NCBI GenBank assembly: GCA_009846005.1
Contig: VXYL01000070.1
Location: 277,699-341,698, forward strand
Length of the DNA stretch: 64,000 nt
Reading direction: 5' to 3'
From: Gammaproteobacteria bacterium
GTDB lineage: Bacteria > Pseudomonadota > Gammaproteobacteria > Pseudomonadales > Azotimanducaceae
Each line of letters opens with the position of its first letter. The stretch's first letter is position 1. A program made the translations under genes and the position numbers. The notes beneath the pieces are model-generated. The model ran no database searches, had not been told where the DNA came from, and saw only the letters and a program-made list of their open reading frames with translations. Positions 28,032 through 37,488 of the stretch are shown here, one piece after another.

Positions 28032-28943
28032 TCAGTGCGCACGGATTTCCGCGATGCGCGCGATGCACCTCTCGTCGAGATTCTTGGCTTGTTCGACGAA
28101 GCCGCGTTTGGCAGCAGCGCTGGCGGTCTTGTCGGAAGCGCGGTACAGAAGCCGCGCCAACGCCCGGTAGTCCACGGCGAGTTCGCGCGCCGGGCGCGGG
28201 TCGACCGGACCCGGGTACTCCGCCGCGGCGAGACGCTGGAAGAAATCCCCAGCACGCTCCCGGCACTCGCCCCACACCACCGCATTCCACCAGTTGCCGT
28301 GATCGTCCCCATGTCCCGAATCGAGCCCGGCGATCCAGTTTTCGTACGCCTGGCTTCCGGTGCCGTAGGTTTCCCAGGCGAATTGATCGGGGCAACGCCA
28401 GAAGTCCGCGGCAAAGTCCAGCGCCGAAGCGGTTGCCGTGGACTCGGAACGCCGCTTGCAGGGTTCGAGTTTGAAGAAAGCGACAGGCGGTGACTGGACG
28501 AATTCCTGCCAGGTTCCGAAGCTCAACCGCCGTGGCGTGCTGTCGACGACGCCCTCGCCCCAAGGCTGGGAAAGGTCGAAACCCGCATCGTCGTAGCCAA
28601 GCACGAGTTGATGATCGAGGCTCAGCGACGAACAGACGCTGCCCTGATCCAACTCGGCGCGGACCCGCGCCTCTAGTTCCCCCTTGTCCGCTGCGGGAGC
28701 CGCCGCCACCAACATCCCCAACTGCTCCATGCGAATGCCGAGGTTCGGGAGCAAATCGCGGAATCGTTCCTGGTTCCAGCAGTACGGGCCGCTCGGACAC
28801 AACTCCGGGTGAATGTTGATCACGAAAGCATGCCCTGACAGGACGAACGTTTCCGCGGGCGCGGTGTCTATGCCGTAGTAGTCAAGGGCGCCTTTGACTA
28901 CCCCTACCAAGCTGGTGTCGTAAGGGGGTTGAGTGAGATTCAT
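28032..28943 (-). CDS. hypothetical protein
   Basis: The codon usage looks coding, with non-Arg-rich composition from MNLTQPPYDTSLVGVVKGALDYYG onward. The track ORF 28032..29252 has an Arg/Ala-rich extension that overlaps the divergent lipoprotein gene. I do not recognise a family. Confidence 0.5.
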   Translation of the reverse strand: MNLTQPPYDTSLVGVVKGALDYYGIDTAPAETFVLSGHAFVINIHPELCPSGPYCWNQERFRDLLPNLGIRMEQLGMLVAAAPAADKGELEARVRAELDQGSVCSSLSLDHQLVLGYDDAGFDLSQPWGEGVVDSTPRRLSFGTWQEFVQSPPVAFFKLEPCKRRSESTATASALDFAADFWRCPDQFAWETYGTGSQAYENWIAGLDSGHGDDHGNWWNAVVWGECRERAGDFFQRLAAAEYPGPVDPRPARELAVDYRALARLLYRASDKTASAAAKRGFVEQAKNLDERCIARIAEIRAH

Positions 28944-29082
28944 GTTCTTCAAGGGGCAGGTCCTTCCTCGTTGCTTGGCGAAGTGGACGCAACCGGTCGA
29001 TCTCGCCAACAGCGCGTCACCGGATTCAAGAAAAAGACGACAATCGCGTAGCATACCGCTGTTCGGTCTTCGGGGGGCCGCA

Positions 29083-29553
29083 ATGGCCTTGGGTAAAGAG
29101 CGGAGCGCACCCCTGCGCTGCCTGTCCTTGGCGTTCCTCGCCGCGCTTGCCGCGGCGGGGTGCGAGCCCACGTTTGTGTTCGCCGGAGGCGAGCTTGCAG
29201 GCACGGAACAGCCCCTGCCGCCGAGTTGGGATTTCAGCACGGACGTCGACACCGTGCAGATCGAGACCCGACCCGCCGACCCTTACTCCGTGAATGTCTG
29301 GGGCGTCAGCTTGGATCGGCACTTCTACGTTGCCGCTTCCGATGCCGAGGATGCGACATGGGCGCGAGCCATCGAAACCGAACCGCGGGTGCGCCTGCGC
29401 ATCGGAAACGACATCTACCGCATGCTCGCCACGCGCACCGACGACCCGGCAGAACTGGCCGACGTCACCGACGCCTACCTCGACAAGTATGGCGGCGAGC
29501 GGGAACGCAGCTTCATCCGCCACGCCTGGGTATACCGGCTCGAATCCCGATGA
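29083..29553 (+). CDS. hypothetical lipoprotein
   Basis: MALGKERSAPLRCLSLAFLAALAAAGC contains a lipobox (AAGC). The stop overlaps the next gene's ATG (ATGA at 29550-29553). Confidence 0.6.
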   Translation: MALGKERSAPLRCLSLAFLAALAAAGCEPTFVFAGGELAGTEQPLPPSWDFSTDVDTVQIETRPADPYSVNVWGVSLDRHFYVAASDAEDATWARAIETEPRVRLRIGNDIYRMLATRTDDPAELADVTDAYLDKYGGERERSFIRHAWVYRLESR

Positions 29554-30143
29554 ACGAATCCGGCGTCGGCGACTCGGCTCCCGCCACCAAGCCGCGCTGG
29601 TTGACCATCGCGAACGTCATCTCGTTGGCACGACTCGCTGCCACCCCCTTCTCGCTTGCCGCCGTCCTGCACGGCAACTGGCAGCTCGCCGGGACGATCT
29701 TCGCCGGTGCGGTGGCGAGTGACTTTCTCGACGGCATAATCGCCCGTCGGCGGGGCACGGTCTCCTCCCTCGGCGGGGTTCTCGACCACACCGCCGACGC
29801 CGTGTTCGTCGCGGTGACGCTTTGGGGCATTGCGTATCTCGAAGTCGGCACTGGGGCGGATGTCGTTCCCGGCATTCTCCCGTGGTTCATCGCCCTAGCG
29901 TTCCTGCAGTACTTTCTCGACTCCAAGGCGCTAGCCGGCCAGCCTCTGCGCACCAGTCGGCTTGGCCGCGCCAACGGCATCGCCTACTACGTGGTCGCCG
30001 GCACTGTGATCGGAAAGAACGCCCTGGGTCTCGACTGGCTGCCGGGCGAGGCCATCTACTGGGCGGCATTGCTGGTCCTGGTGTCGACCCTGGTCTCCAT
30101 GTTCGATCGCCTCCGGGCCCTCACCAGACTTCGAACGGACTGA
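29550..30143 (+). CDS. CDP-alcohol phosphatidyltransferase family protein
   Basis: SDFLDGIIARRRGTVSSLGGVLDHTADAVF matches the signature DG(x)2AR(x)8G(x)3D(x)3D. The protein is multi-TM. Confidence 0.8.
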   Translation: MNESGVGDSAPATKPRWLTIANVISLARLAATPFSLAAVLHGNWQLAGTIFAGAVASDFLDGIIARRRGTVSSLGGVLDHTADAVFVAVTLWGIAYLEVGTGADVVPGILPWFIALAFLQYFLDSKALAGQPLRTSRLGRANGIAYYVVAGTVIGKNALGLDWLPGEAIYWAALLVLVSTLVSMFDRLRALTRLRTD

Positions 30144-30224
30144 GCCGGCGCCAAGCACGAGTTGAATCGCCAGCCGCCGGCGGTCCATGCTTATCGGTTT
30201 GAGACGCACGAGCCTGCAGCAACC

Positions 30225-30545
30225 ATGATCCTGAGCACCACTTCCAACATCGAAGGCAAGACCATCGGCGACTATCGCGGCATCGTCACCGGTGAAGCCA
30301 TCATCGGCGCCAACATCTTCCGCGACTTCTTCGCGGGCATTCGGGACATCGTCGGTGGCCGGTCCGGCGCCTATGAAAAGGAACTGCAAAAGGCGCGGGA
30401 GATCGCCTTCGAAGAGATGACCGTGGCCGCGCAGCGTCTCGGCGCCCAAGCCGTGGTCGGCATCGACCTCGACTACGAAGTCGTTGGCCAAGGCGGCAGC
30501 ATGCTCATGGTCGCGGCGAGCGGCACGGCGGTCACGCTCCGCTAA
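30225..30545 (+). CDS. ybjQ: YbjQ/UPF0145 family protein
   Basis: [54 protein letters not shown] is a very close match to the family pattern. The start was trimmed to the ATG at 30225. Confidence 0.85.
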   Translation: MILSTTSNIEGKTIGDYRGIVTGEAIIGANIFRDFFAGIRDIVGGRSGAYEKELQKAREIAFEEMTVAAQRLGAQAVVGIDLDYEVVGQGGSMLMVAASGTAVTLR

Positions 30546-30583
30546 CGACCGCCGGACGTCGGCAATCCGGCATCGAGGGAACC

Positions 30584-32461
30584 GTGACGCCCGGAGACCT
30601 GGCCTATACGACGCCTGACCGCCTGCTGCGGGACTTCGCAAGCCGTGGTCTCGTCGCGTTGGCACCCGAGACTCTCGGCATCCCGGGCGAGATCCACGAG
30701 GCGATCTACGAGAAGGAACGCGAGGCGTTCAACGCCGGTCGCTACATCACCGCCTCGCTGATTCCCGAGATTCTCGATGTCATCGGCTCGCCGGGTGTCG
30801 TCGCCGCCTGCGACGCCCTGGTCGGGAGGAACTGGGCCATCGTGCCGTTCACGCACAATACGCCGTTCCCGAGCGGTTCCCGCGACCAGCACTGGCACAA
30901 GGACGACAACGGACCCTACAACCTGCGAAAGCACCGTCACCATCAGGCCATCCAGATCGAGATGCTCTACTACCCGCAGGCGGTGAATGACGACAACGGC
31001 CCCACCGCGGTCATTCCCTATTCCCAGTACTGGACGTTCAACCACGAGGAGAACCACGACAACTTCGCCGGCGCTGACCACTTGGATTTCGGCTACCAGG
31101 TTGGGGGGATGGAACGCCTTCCAGTAAGCGGGCCGAACTCCACCTACGACGTCGAAGATGTGGTCAACCGCCGAACGGCGCACGACATCCGCATGCGGGA
31201 CGCCGTGGCGAATACCGGCTGGCCGCTGGTTGTGCCGTTCGAAGCGTCGCCGCTCAAGGCCGGCAGCGTGGTGCTCTACTCGCACAACCTTTTCCACCGG
31301 GGCAACCATCGCCGGGACGATTGGCGGACGTGGAAGGGGACACCCCGGTTCATGTGGCGGTTCTGGCTGTACCGGACCACCGACCCCGATGGCGAAGCGC
31401 CGGAGGAGGTCGATTGGCGCGCATTGGGTATCGACGACATGACCCGCGTAGACCTGACCCAGGCACCGGACGATGCCACCGTCCTGTGGCGGCACCATCA
31501 TCATTGGCTGCACACCGGCCGGCCGCCAAGACGCAGCGCCGGTCGACACCGGAATCCGAACGGACTTGCCGCAGAGCTGTATGCGACGGGCGAAGCAGCG
31601 GAAACGAATCGGATCGGCGCCGCCTACAAGCTCGCATCCAGCGGAGACGACTCCGCGCTGCGTCTGCTGGGTGAGGCGCTAGTCGACGAACGCGAAAGTG
31701 TGCGCCGCGCCGCCACCTACGGCCTGGTAGCACTCGGCTCGGAGGCGGCGGACGCGTTCCTCGACGCTACCGAATCGGCGGTCAAGTGGGTCCGCAAGGC
31801 CGGTGTCTACGGTCTGGGAGATGTCGCTCCGCTCACCGCCCAAGTTCTCGACGCGGTGGCCGATCGGCTTGCCAACGATCCATCCGTCTACGTCCGATCC
31901 GTGGCGGCGAACGCACTGGGATGTTTGGGTCGCCGGGCCGTCGCCTCGGGCATTGGCCAAGACCTTGTTCCGCAATGCGTCAACGCACTCGTGGAATCAC
32001 TAGGGCGTGAGGGGAACCGGCTAGGCATGAACATCGCCCAGGACCGCAGCATCAAGTTCGTGCGACCCACCGACGAATGCGATGTCTGCGAGGGCATCGG
32101 CATCAACTACGGCACCGAACGGTTCAAGCGCGTGCGTTCGGCGGTGCGCGAGAACGCGCTGACTTCCATGGTCGTCCTGTGCTCGCACGGCGCTGCGCTC
32201 CTCGGGGAGGAACTCAAGCCAACCGTCGCGGCGCTGGCCGATGTCGTGCGAACCGACGAGAACGTGTTCAGCGTCGGCCTGGCCCTCGACTCGCTGAATC
32301 GCTTGGCAAACATCGGAAAGGGTCCGGTCACTGGCATCCGCGCAACGCTGCTCGGACTGCTCGAGGCCATGCCCATCCATAGCTGGGAACCGCTCGTGCG
32401 CAGCGGCCTCGACCCGTCGGTCGTTCGGGAGTTCAGTCAGGCCGAAATCGAGCGTCCCTAG
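30584..32461 (+). CDS. PhyH-like Fe(II)/2OG oxygenase fused to C-terminal HEAT-like repeats
   Basis: The N-terminal half has HWHKDD (HxD) and LYSHNLFHRGNH (distal His). The C-terminal ~270 aa has repeated HEAT/PBS-lyase-type units: VRRAATYGLVALG, VRKAGVYGLGDV, VYVRSVAANALGCLG and VRENALTSMVVL. Confidence 0.7.
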   Translation: MTPGDLAYTTPDRLLRDFASRGLVALAPETLGIPGEIHEAIYEKEREAFNAGRYITASLIPEILDVIGSPGVVAACDALVGRNWAIVPFTHNTPFPSGSRDQHWHKDDNGPYNLRKHRHHQAIQIEMLYYPQAVNDDNGPTAVIPYSQYWTFNHEENHDNFAGADHLDFGYQVGGMERLPVSGPNSTYDVEDVVNRRTAHDIRMRDAVANTGWPLVVPFEASPLKAGSVVLYSHNLFHRGNHRRDDWRTWKGTPRFMWRFWLYRTTDPDGEAPEEVDWRALGIDDMTRVDLTQAPDDATVLWRHHHHWLHTGRPPRRSAGRHRNPNGLAAELYATGEAAETNRIGAAYKLASSGDDSALRLLGEALVDERESVRRAATYGLVALGSEAADAFLDATESAVKWVRKAGVYGLGDVAPLTAQVLDAVADRLANDPSVYVRSVAANALGCLGRRAVASGIGQDLVPQCVNALVESLGREGNRLGMNIAQDRSIKFVRPTDECDVCEGIGINYGTERFKRVRSAVRENALTSMVVLCSHGAALLGEELKPTVAALADVVRTDENVFSVGLALDSLNRLANIGKGPVTGIRATLLGLLEAMPIHSWEPLVRSGLDPSVVREFSQAEIERP

Positions 32462-32509
32462 CTTGGACATCGCCTGAAGCATCGTCAGTCAGGATGGTCC
32501 AATGGCCAT

Positions 32510-32695
32510 CTATTCCGCTGATCGTGGCAGGCGGATCTTCTCCCGCACTTGGTCCGCCGGCGTGAGCCGTCCCTCGGCGACGTGCCGCCTACCCAAGACG
32601 AGGATGTTGAGCAGAGCAAGCACCTCTTCCGTCTTCTCATACGACTCGGTGTTTTGGGGGACGATCTCAGCTTCGCCACTCTGAATATTGGCCAT
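32510..32695 (-). CDS. small hypothetical protein, weak antitoxin-like C-terminus
   Basis: 61 aa. EEVLALLNILVLGRRHVAEGRLTPADQV resembles the ..L..l..g..d...Gr.. tail seen in some type II antitoxins. No toxin partner is adjacent. Confidence 0.3.
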   Translation of the reverse strand: MANIQSGEAEIVPQNTESYEKTEEVLALLNILVLGRRHVAEGRLTPADQVREKIRLPRSAE

Positions 32696-32730
32696 CGGTT
32701 CATCGACCTCCTAGCTGACTAACTCCATGG

Positions 32731-33729
32731 TCACCCGAACAACTCCCGGTTCGCCCGGGGCAGGAACATCACGCCGATCGTCGCGTTGAACACCACGAAG
32801 AAGGTGTGCATGACGAGGCTGAAGGCGGCGACCTCCGGGTAGTCGGGGAACAGCACGGTCCACAGCACCAGCGCGCCGGCATGGAACGGCAGCGGCAGGG
32901 CGGCCGCCAGGAAGATCACCGGCAGGAACGCCAGCATCTGTCCTAGGCTCACCTCGACTTGGAAGAGATCCAGGGCGAAGGTGTAGACGATGACCGCCCC
33001 GATCAGGTTCGGTGCCTTGAATAGCACGATCAGGAAGTAGTGGACGGGGCGGGCTTGCCGGAACGCCGTCAGGATGGGCTTCTCCCGCAAGCCGCCCTCG
33101 CCGGTACGGAAATACGCGATATGCAGCGGCAGGTAGACAAACGCGAAGATCATGACGGCGGGAAGAATGATGTCGAGCGGCCACGTCGTGGATGCCTCCA
33201 CCACCAAGTGGAAATTCAGGGCGACGCCGATGGCGGAGAACAGCAATAGCTGGAAGATCTCCATCAGCCCCAGCAGGATCATGCTGGACAGCGCCCGCCA
33301 GCCCGGCACCTTGTGGTGACGCAGAAGGTAGAGCGTCATCGCGCCTTTGCCCACCTGCTCGTTGACCAATGACAGGATGTAGGCGCTGGCGCGGATCGGC
33401 AGCATGCTCGTGAACTTCAACTGCGGCGCGTTGAACCAGCGCACGACGCGCCAAGTGACGTGGCTGTCCACGAGGAAGAAGAACACCGAATAGGGAATCA
33501 TCAGCGCGAGCCAGAACAGCCAGTCGGCATCGCCGAAGAACTCGACGAGGTATTGCCAGGCGTTGAGCTCTTTGCGCGCTGCAGCCTCCCCGATCTTGGT
33601 GTAGACGAGATAGAAACAGCCGGCGGCCAGGATCCAGGTGGCGATGCGGAACAGGATGGACCACGGCGACTTTCCGCGCTCCGGAGAGGCCGCGGGCGGT
33701 TCGTCGATGGAGGACGTCTCCTCGCTCAT
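32731..33729 (-). CDS. flippase-like / LPG-synthase-TM (UPF0104) family membrane protein
   Basis: 332 aa with about 8 predicted TM helices and Trp/Phe-rich loops. Its start overlaps the stop of the upstream GNAT gene by 4 nt. Confidence 0.55.
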   Translation of the reverse strand: MSEETSSIDEPPAASPERGKSPWSILFRIATWILAAGCFYLVYTKIGEAAARKELNAWQYLVEFFGDADWLFWLALMIPYSVFFFLVDSHVTWRVVRWFNAPQLKFTSMLPIRASAYILSLVNEQVGKGAMTLYLLRHHKVPGWRALSSMILLGLMEIFQLLLFSAIGVALNFHLVVEASTTWPLDIILPAVMIFAFVYLPLHIAYFRTGEGGLREKPILTAFRQARPVHYFLIVLFKAPNLIGAVIVYTFALDLFQVEVSLGQMLAFLPVIFLAAALPLPFHAGALVLWTVLFPDYPEVAAFSLVMHTFFVVFNATIGVMFLPRANRELFG

Positions 33730-34346
33730 TTCCTCACCAGTATCGTCATGGCGTAGTCGCCGCGCTTCTCAAATCCCAACTTCTGGTAGACGTGGATGGC
33801 CTGTGCTTCCGCCGGGCTGCCGGTCCTGACGTGCAGGAACGGCACGCAACCGGCGCGTTGCTGTCGCCGGACGATCTCCAACACCAGAGCCTGGGCGAAA
33901 CCGCGGCCGGTATACCCTTCGTCGGTACACACAGCGCTCACCTCGCGATAGCCCTCGAAGCAGATCCGCTCGCCGGCCATGGCGACCAGCCTTCCATCCC
34001 GTATGACGCCTATGTAGTCGCCCAGTCGATTGGTGCGGATCTCGAACGGACCCGGATCCGTTGCCCGCGCCAGTTGGAGCATTTCCCCCGCCCGGGCATC
34101 CGCGAGTTCAATCCAATCGATCTCTGCCTCGACGACAGGCGCCTCGGGGCACACCCACTGCGAAAGCGGTGCCATAGCCGCCAGTCGCCAAAGGTCGCCA
34201 GGCACTTCGCCCGGCGCGAATACCGCGACGAATCGCCCGGGGTCGACGAAGCCCGCGAGTTCAACCAGGGCTTCGGTACTTTGATCCGCGACCGCCGCAA
34301 TCGGCGAGATATCGGGTAGGTAGCGCGCCGCCCGCTCGCCGACCAT
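33726..34346 (-). CDS. GNAT-family N-acetyltransferase
   Basis: The acetyl-CoA motif is VCTDEGYTGRGFAQALVLEI, and HVYQKLGFEK follows. This is the minimal ORF from the ATG at 34346. A conserved-looking NPAWHALSGGQ lies upstream with no ATG/GTG/TTG before the aldolase stop, so the true start may be a non-canonical CTG at 34436. Confidence 0.7.
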   Translation of the reverse strand: MVGERAARYLPDISPIAAVADQSTEALVELAGFVDPGRFVAVFAPGEVPGDLWRLAAMAPLSQWVCPEAPVVEAEIDWIELADARAGEMLQLARATDPGPFEIRTNRLGDYIGVIRDGRLVAMAGERICFEGYREVSAVCTDEGYTGRGFAQALVLEIVRRQQRAGCVPFLHVRTGSPAEAQAIHVYQKLGFEKRGDYAMTILVRK

Positions 34347-34432
34347 GCCAAAAGCGCGCTGTCCCCCGCTTAGCGCGTGCCAGGCCGGATTGTCGAGTTC
34401 GCGCAAGGCTTGCCACCCAATCAGTCCGACGG

Positions 34433-35266
34433 TCAGCGCTCGGCCATGAGTTCGGCAGCGCGTTCCTTGAGTTGCGGCGTACCGCCGCTGATGCGCACTC
34501 CCTCCGCCAGCTTGGCGGCAAGGTTCTCCTCCGTGACGCTGTCCAGAAAGGCAATGCCGGCGGACTTGCAGGCATCGAAAACGCGTTCCCTTGCAGCCTG
34601 CATTTCGGGGCGCTCGAAATCCTCCCGCTCGCCGCGGAAGCCGTGCGACATCGACATGTCCGCCGGACCCCATTCGGCGAACGCGACCCCCGGGACCGCA
34701 GTGGTCAGATAAGCGTTTTCCAAGGCCCGACGATTCTCGATCTTGAGGCCAAGGAGCAGTTCGCCGTCCGGGTTCAGCGGCCAAGGATCCGCACGTTCCA
34801 GATACTCGGCCGGGGAAACTCCCCAGATGGCGCTGGCGACCCCTTGACCACCGGAGCCGCGCGTGCCGCCCCGGAAGGTATAGCGCATCGCCTCCGCGAC
34901 CGCGGCAACGGCGTCGGGGATTTCCGCGTGGCAGAGCAGGAAACCGTGTATGCCCAGCGTCAGTAGCTGTCGGATCTGCCAGGCGTTCGCATGGACGATG
35001 TCGACATTGCGGCCCTCGAACGGCAGTTCCACCAGTACCGCCGGCGTCGGTGTGCGCACCGAGGCCATGCCTTTCATGAACTGATCGAGGCCCGCCAAGT
35101 CCAGCGGGCCGTGCTCCATGCCGATATTGAGGTAGTCCGCCCAGGTCGCCGCCGCCGCGACGCCCGCTTCGAAGCCGAGTTCGGCACCGGCGTGGTTGCC
35201 GACATAGAACGCTGGCTCGTCATTGGCCAGGCGGCGGATGGCGCTGTTGAGGCGATCGGCCATCAC
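34433..35266 (-). CDS. HpcH/HpaI-family aldolase
   Basis: 277 aa. The N-terminal LNSAIRRL..EPAFYVG, and later LDLAGLDQF, are as in HpcH/HpaI class II aldolases. The start overlaps the upstream gene by 4 nt. Confidence 0.7.
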   Translation of the reverse strand: MMADRLNSAIRRLANDEPAFYVGNHAGAELGFEAGVAAAATWADYLNIGMEHGPLDLAGLDQFMKGMASVRTPTPAVLVELPFEGRNVDIVHANAWQIRQLLTLGIHGFLLCHAEIPDAVAAVAEAMRYTFRGGTRGSGGQGVASAIWGVSPAEYLERADPWPLNPDGELLLGLKIENRRALENAYLTTAVPGVAFAEWGPADMSMSHGFRGEREDFERPEMQAARERVFDACKSAGIAFLDSVTEENLAAKLAEGVRISGGTPQLKERAAELMAER

Positions 35267-36453
35267 GCCAGCGCCTGGTAGACGAGGGTCTTCAACTCCC
35301 GCCGTATCGGGTAGGCAGAGGACGGCAGAAGCTGGGTCGTGAAGATCACGATCAAGTCCTCCACCGGATCCACCCAGAAGTACGTGCTCGCGGCGCCGCC
35401 CCAGGCGAAATCGCCGGCCGAGTCCAGCACGCTCGCTGCCGCCGGGTCGACCACCACGGAAAAGCCGAGGCCGAACCCGATGCCCTCGTAGGACGTCTCG
35501 CTGAATACCGGCTGACCCATGGCAGCGAGGTCGCAGTTTCCGGGCAGGTGGTTCATGGTCATGTACTCCACCGTCTTACGGCCCAGCAGTCGCACGTTGC
35601 CAAGCTCGCCCTTGCCGAGCAGCATGCGTGCGAAGCGGTGGTAGTCGTCGATCGTGCCCACCATCCCGCCGCCGCCGGAGAAGAATGTCGGCCGCGTGTG
35701 GTAGCGCGAGCCCTCGGGATCGTCCTGCAACCGGTAGGCACCCGGCCCGGTGTGCTGATAGCAAGCCGCCAGACGATCCGCGCCCCCGGGCTGAACGTGG
35801 AACCCAGAGTCCTTCATGCCCAACGGACCGGTGATGCGGTCCGCCACGAACTCGTCGAGCGCCTGGCCCGAGAAATGCTCCACCAGATGGCCGCAAACGT
35901 CCGTGGAGACCCCGTAGTTCCATTGCGTTCCGGGCGAGAACTTGAGAGGAATCTTCGCAAGCTTCGAAACCATGTCCGCCAAGGTGCCGTTCCCGGTGAC
36001 CTGCTCTCGCCGGTACATCGCGTCCACCGGATGCTCGTTCATGAAACCGCACGTCAGCCCGGACGTATGGGTGAGGAGGTGCTTGATCGTCATCGGCGCG
36101 TCCGGCGCCACGGTCACGTACTGCTCTTCGCTGCCGCGATCGAAGACGCCGAGGTCGGCCCAGGACTCGATGTGTTTGGCGACGGGATCGTCAAGCTGAA
36201 AAAGCCCTTCCTCGTAGAGCATCATCAAGGCGGAACTCGTGATCGGCTTGGTCATCGAATAGAGCCGCAGGACCGTGTCCCGGGTCATCGCTCGGTTGCG
36301 TTCAACGTCCGCGAATCCCGATTGGTGGTAGAAGGCTTCCTCGCCCCCACGGGAGACCAGACACATCGCCCCGGGGTAGCGGCCACCCTCGACGTACCGG
36401 TCGATATGGGCCGCGATGCGGGCAAGCCTTTCCAGCAGAAACCCCTGTGCCAT
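35263..36453 (-). CDS. serine hydrolase, beta-lactamase/esterase (class C-like) family
   Basis: The SxxK motif is YSMTKPITS, and YGVSTD (YxN-like) is present. Length is 396 aa. Confidence 0.8.
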   Translation of the reverse strand: MAQGFLLERLARIAAHIDRYVEGGRYPGAMCLVSRGGEEAFYHQSGFADVERNRAMTRDTVLRLYSMTKPITSSALMMLYEEGLFQLDDPVAKHIESWADLGVFDRGSEEQYVTVAPDAPMTIKHLLTHTSGLTCGFMNEHPVDAMYRREQVTGNGTLADMVSKLAKIPLKFSPGTQWNYGVSTDVCGHLVEHFSGQALDEFVADRITGPLGMKDSGFHVQPGGADRLAACYQHTGPGAYRLQDDPEGSRYHTRPTFFSGGGGMVGTIDDYHRFARMLLGKGELGNVRLLGRKTVEYMTMNHLPGNCDLAAMGQPVFSETSYEGIGFGLGFSVVVDPAAASVLDSAGDFAWGGAASTYFWVDPVEDLIVIFTTQLLPSSAYPIRRELKTLVYQALA

Positions 36454-36630
36454 CAGTGCGCTAGTTCCCCGTCATCCCCCAGACCTCAGCCAGCATACCC
36501 GACTCGCGGCGGACCGGGGGATGGCTTAGCATCTCCCGTATGCTTGACTGCGGCAAAGGGCTCCCACTCGAATCAAGTCTCGATGCCGTAGTATCGCTAT
36601 CGCTCGTCGGGCTCGAGTGCCGCCGCTAGG

Positions 36631-37488
36631 ATGTCCGTCCGAAGCCGTCTGCGTGCCGCCATCGACGCTCGCGAGGTCGTCTTTGCGCCCCTGGCCCTCG
36701 ACGCACTCACCGCGCGAATCGCCGAGCAGGCGGGCTTCCAGGCTGTCTACCTGAGCGGAGGGGCACTCGGCTACACCCACGCCGTGAGCGAGGCGCTACT
36801 CACCCTCGACGAACTCGTACACGCCACGCGTCGTGTGGTGGCCCGTTCCGACGTCGCCGTGATCGCCGACGCGGGCGTGGGCTTCGGCGATGCGGTGCAC
36901 ATGACCCGGACGATCCGGGAGATCGAGGCCGCGGGGGCGGCCGCCGTGGAAATCGAGGATCAAGTCGCGCCGAAGCGGGTCAGCCACCACCGGGGCATCG
37001 AGCACCTCCTTGCACCGGAAGAAATGGCGGCCAAGGTTGAGCACGCCGTCCGCTCCCGCGACGACCGCGATTTCCTGGTCATTGCCCGCACCGGCGCAGT
37101 GAAGAACGAGTCCTTCGAGGACGCTGTTCGACGGGCTAACCTCTACCGCGATGCCGGCGCGGACCTGCTGATGCTCATGCCCAGGGCGGACGAGCAGTGG
37201 GCCCAGGCACCGAGACGCATCGACGGTCCATTGGCCACCATCAGTTCCCTAGACACTCGCCGGGCCGATGCCTGGCGGGACCTGGGCTGGAGCCTGGTCG
37301 TCGACCCGTTCACCACCCAGGCAGTCGTCGTCGACGCTTTGCGGACCCTCTACGGGCGATTCATGGCGGAAGGCCAGACAGGAACCGACCGGCATCGGAT
37401 TCTCGAGACCTATCGGACGCTCTCCGACCTAGCCGGCTTTGCACCGCTCTACGCCATCGAAGACGCCACAACCGAACGCACGCCATGA
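36631..37488 (+). CDS. isocitrate lyase/PEP mutase superfamily enzyme
   Basis: PLALDALTARIAEQAGFQAVYLSG, DADAGVGFGD-type (IADAGVGFGDA) and VEIEDQVAPKR are typical of this family. Confidence 0.8.
   Translation: MSVRSRLRAAIDAREVVFAPLALDALTARIAEQAGFQAVYLSGGALGYTHAVSEALLTLDELVHATRRVVARSDVAVIADAGVGFGDAVHMTRTIREIEAAGAAAVEIEDQVAPKRVSHHRGIEHLLAPEEMAAKVEHAVRSRDDRDFLVIARTGAVKNESFEDAVRRANLYRDAGADLLMLMPRADEQWAQAPRRIDGPLATISSLDTRRADAWRDLGWSLVVDPFTTQAVVVDALRTLYGRFMAEGQTGTDRHRILETYRTLSDLAGFAPLYAIEDATTERTP

Noticed and set aside
27796-28800. 334-aa minus-strand ORF, plus several 100-400-aa ORFs in the 27.8-30.7 kb region
   Set aside because: These are Arg/Gly/Pro-rich frames that overlap better-supported genes: the NAD(P)-binding protein, the hypothetical at 28032-28943 and the CDP-alcohol phosphatidyltransferase.
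32485-32703. 72-aa minus-strand ORF overlapping the 61-aa small ORF
   Set aside because: It is an Arg/Ser/Cys-rich frame with no features. The alternative 61-aa frame (32510-32695) has a more protein-like composition, though it is itself low-confidence.
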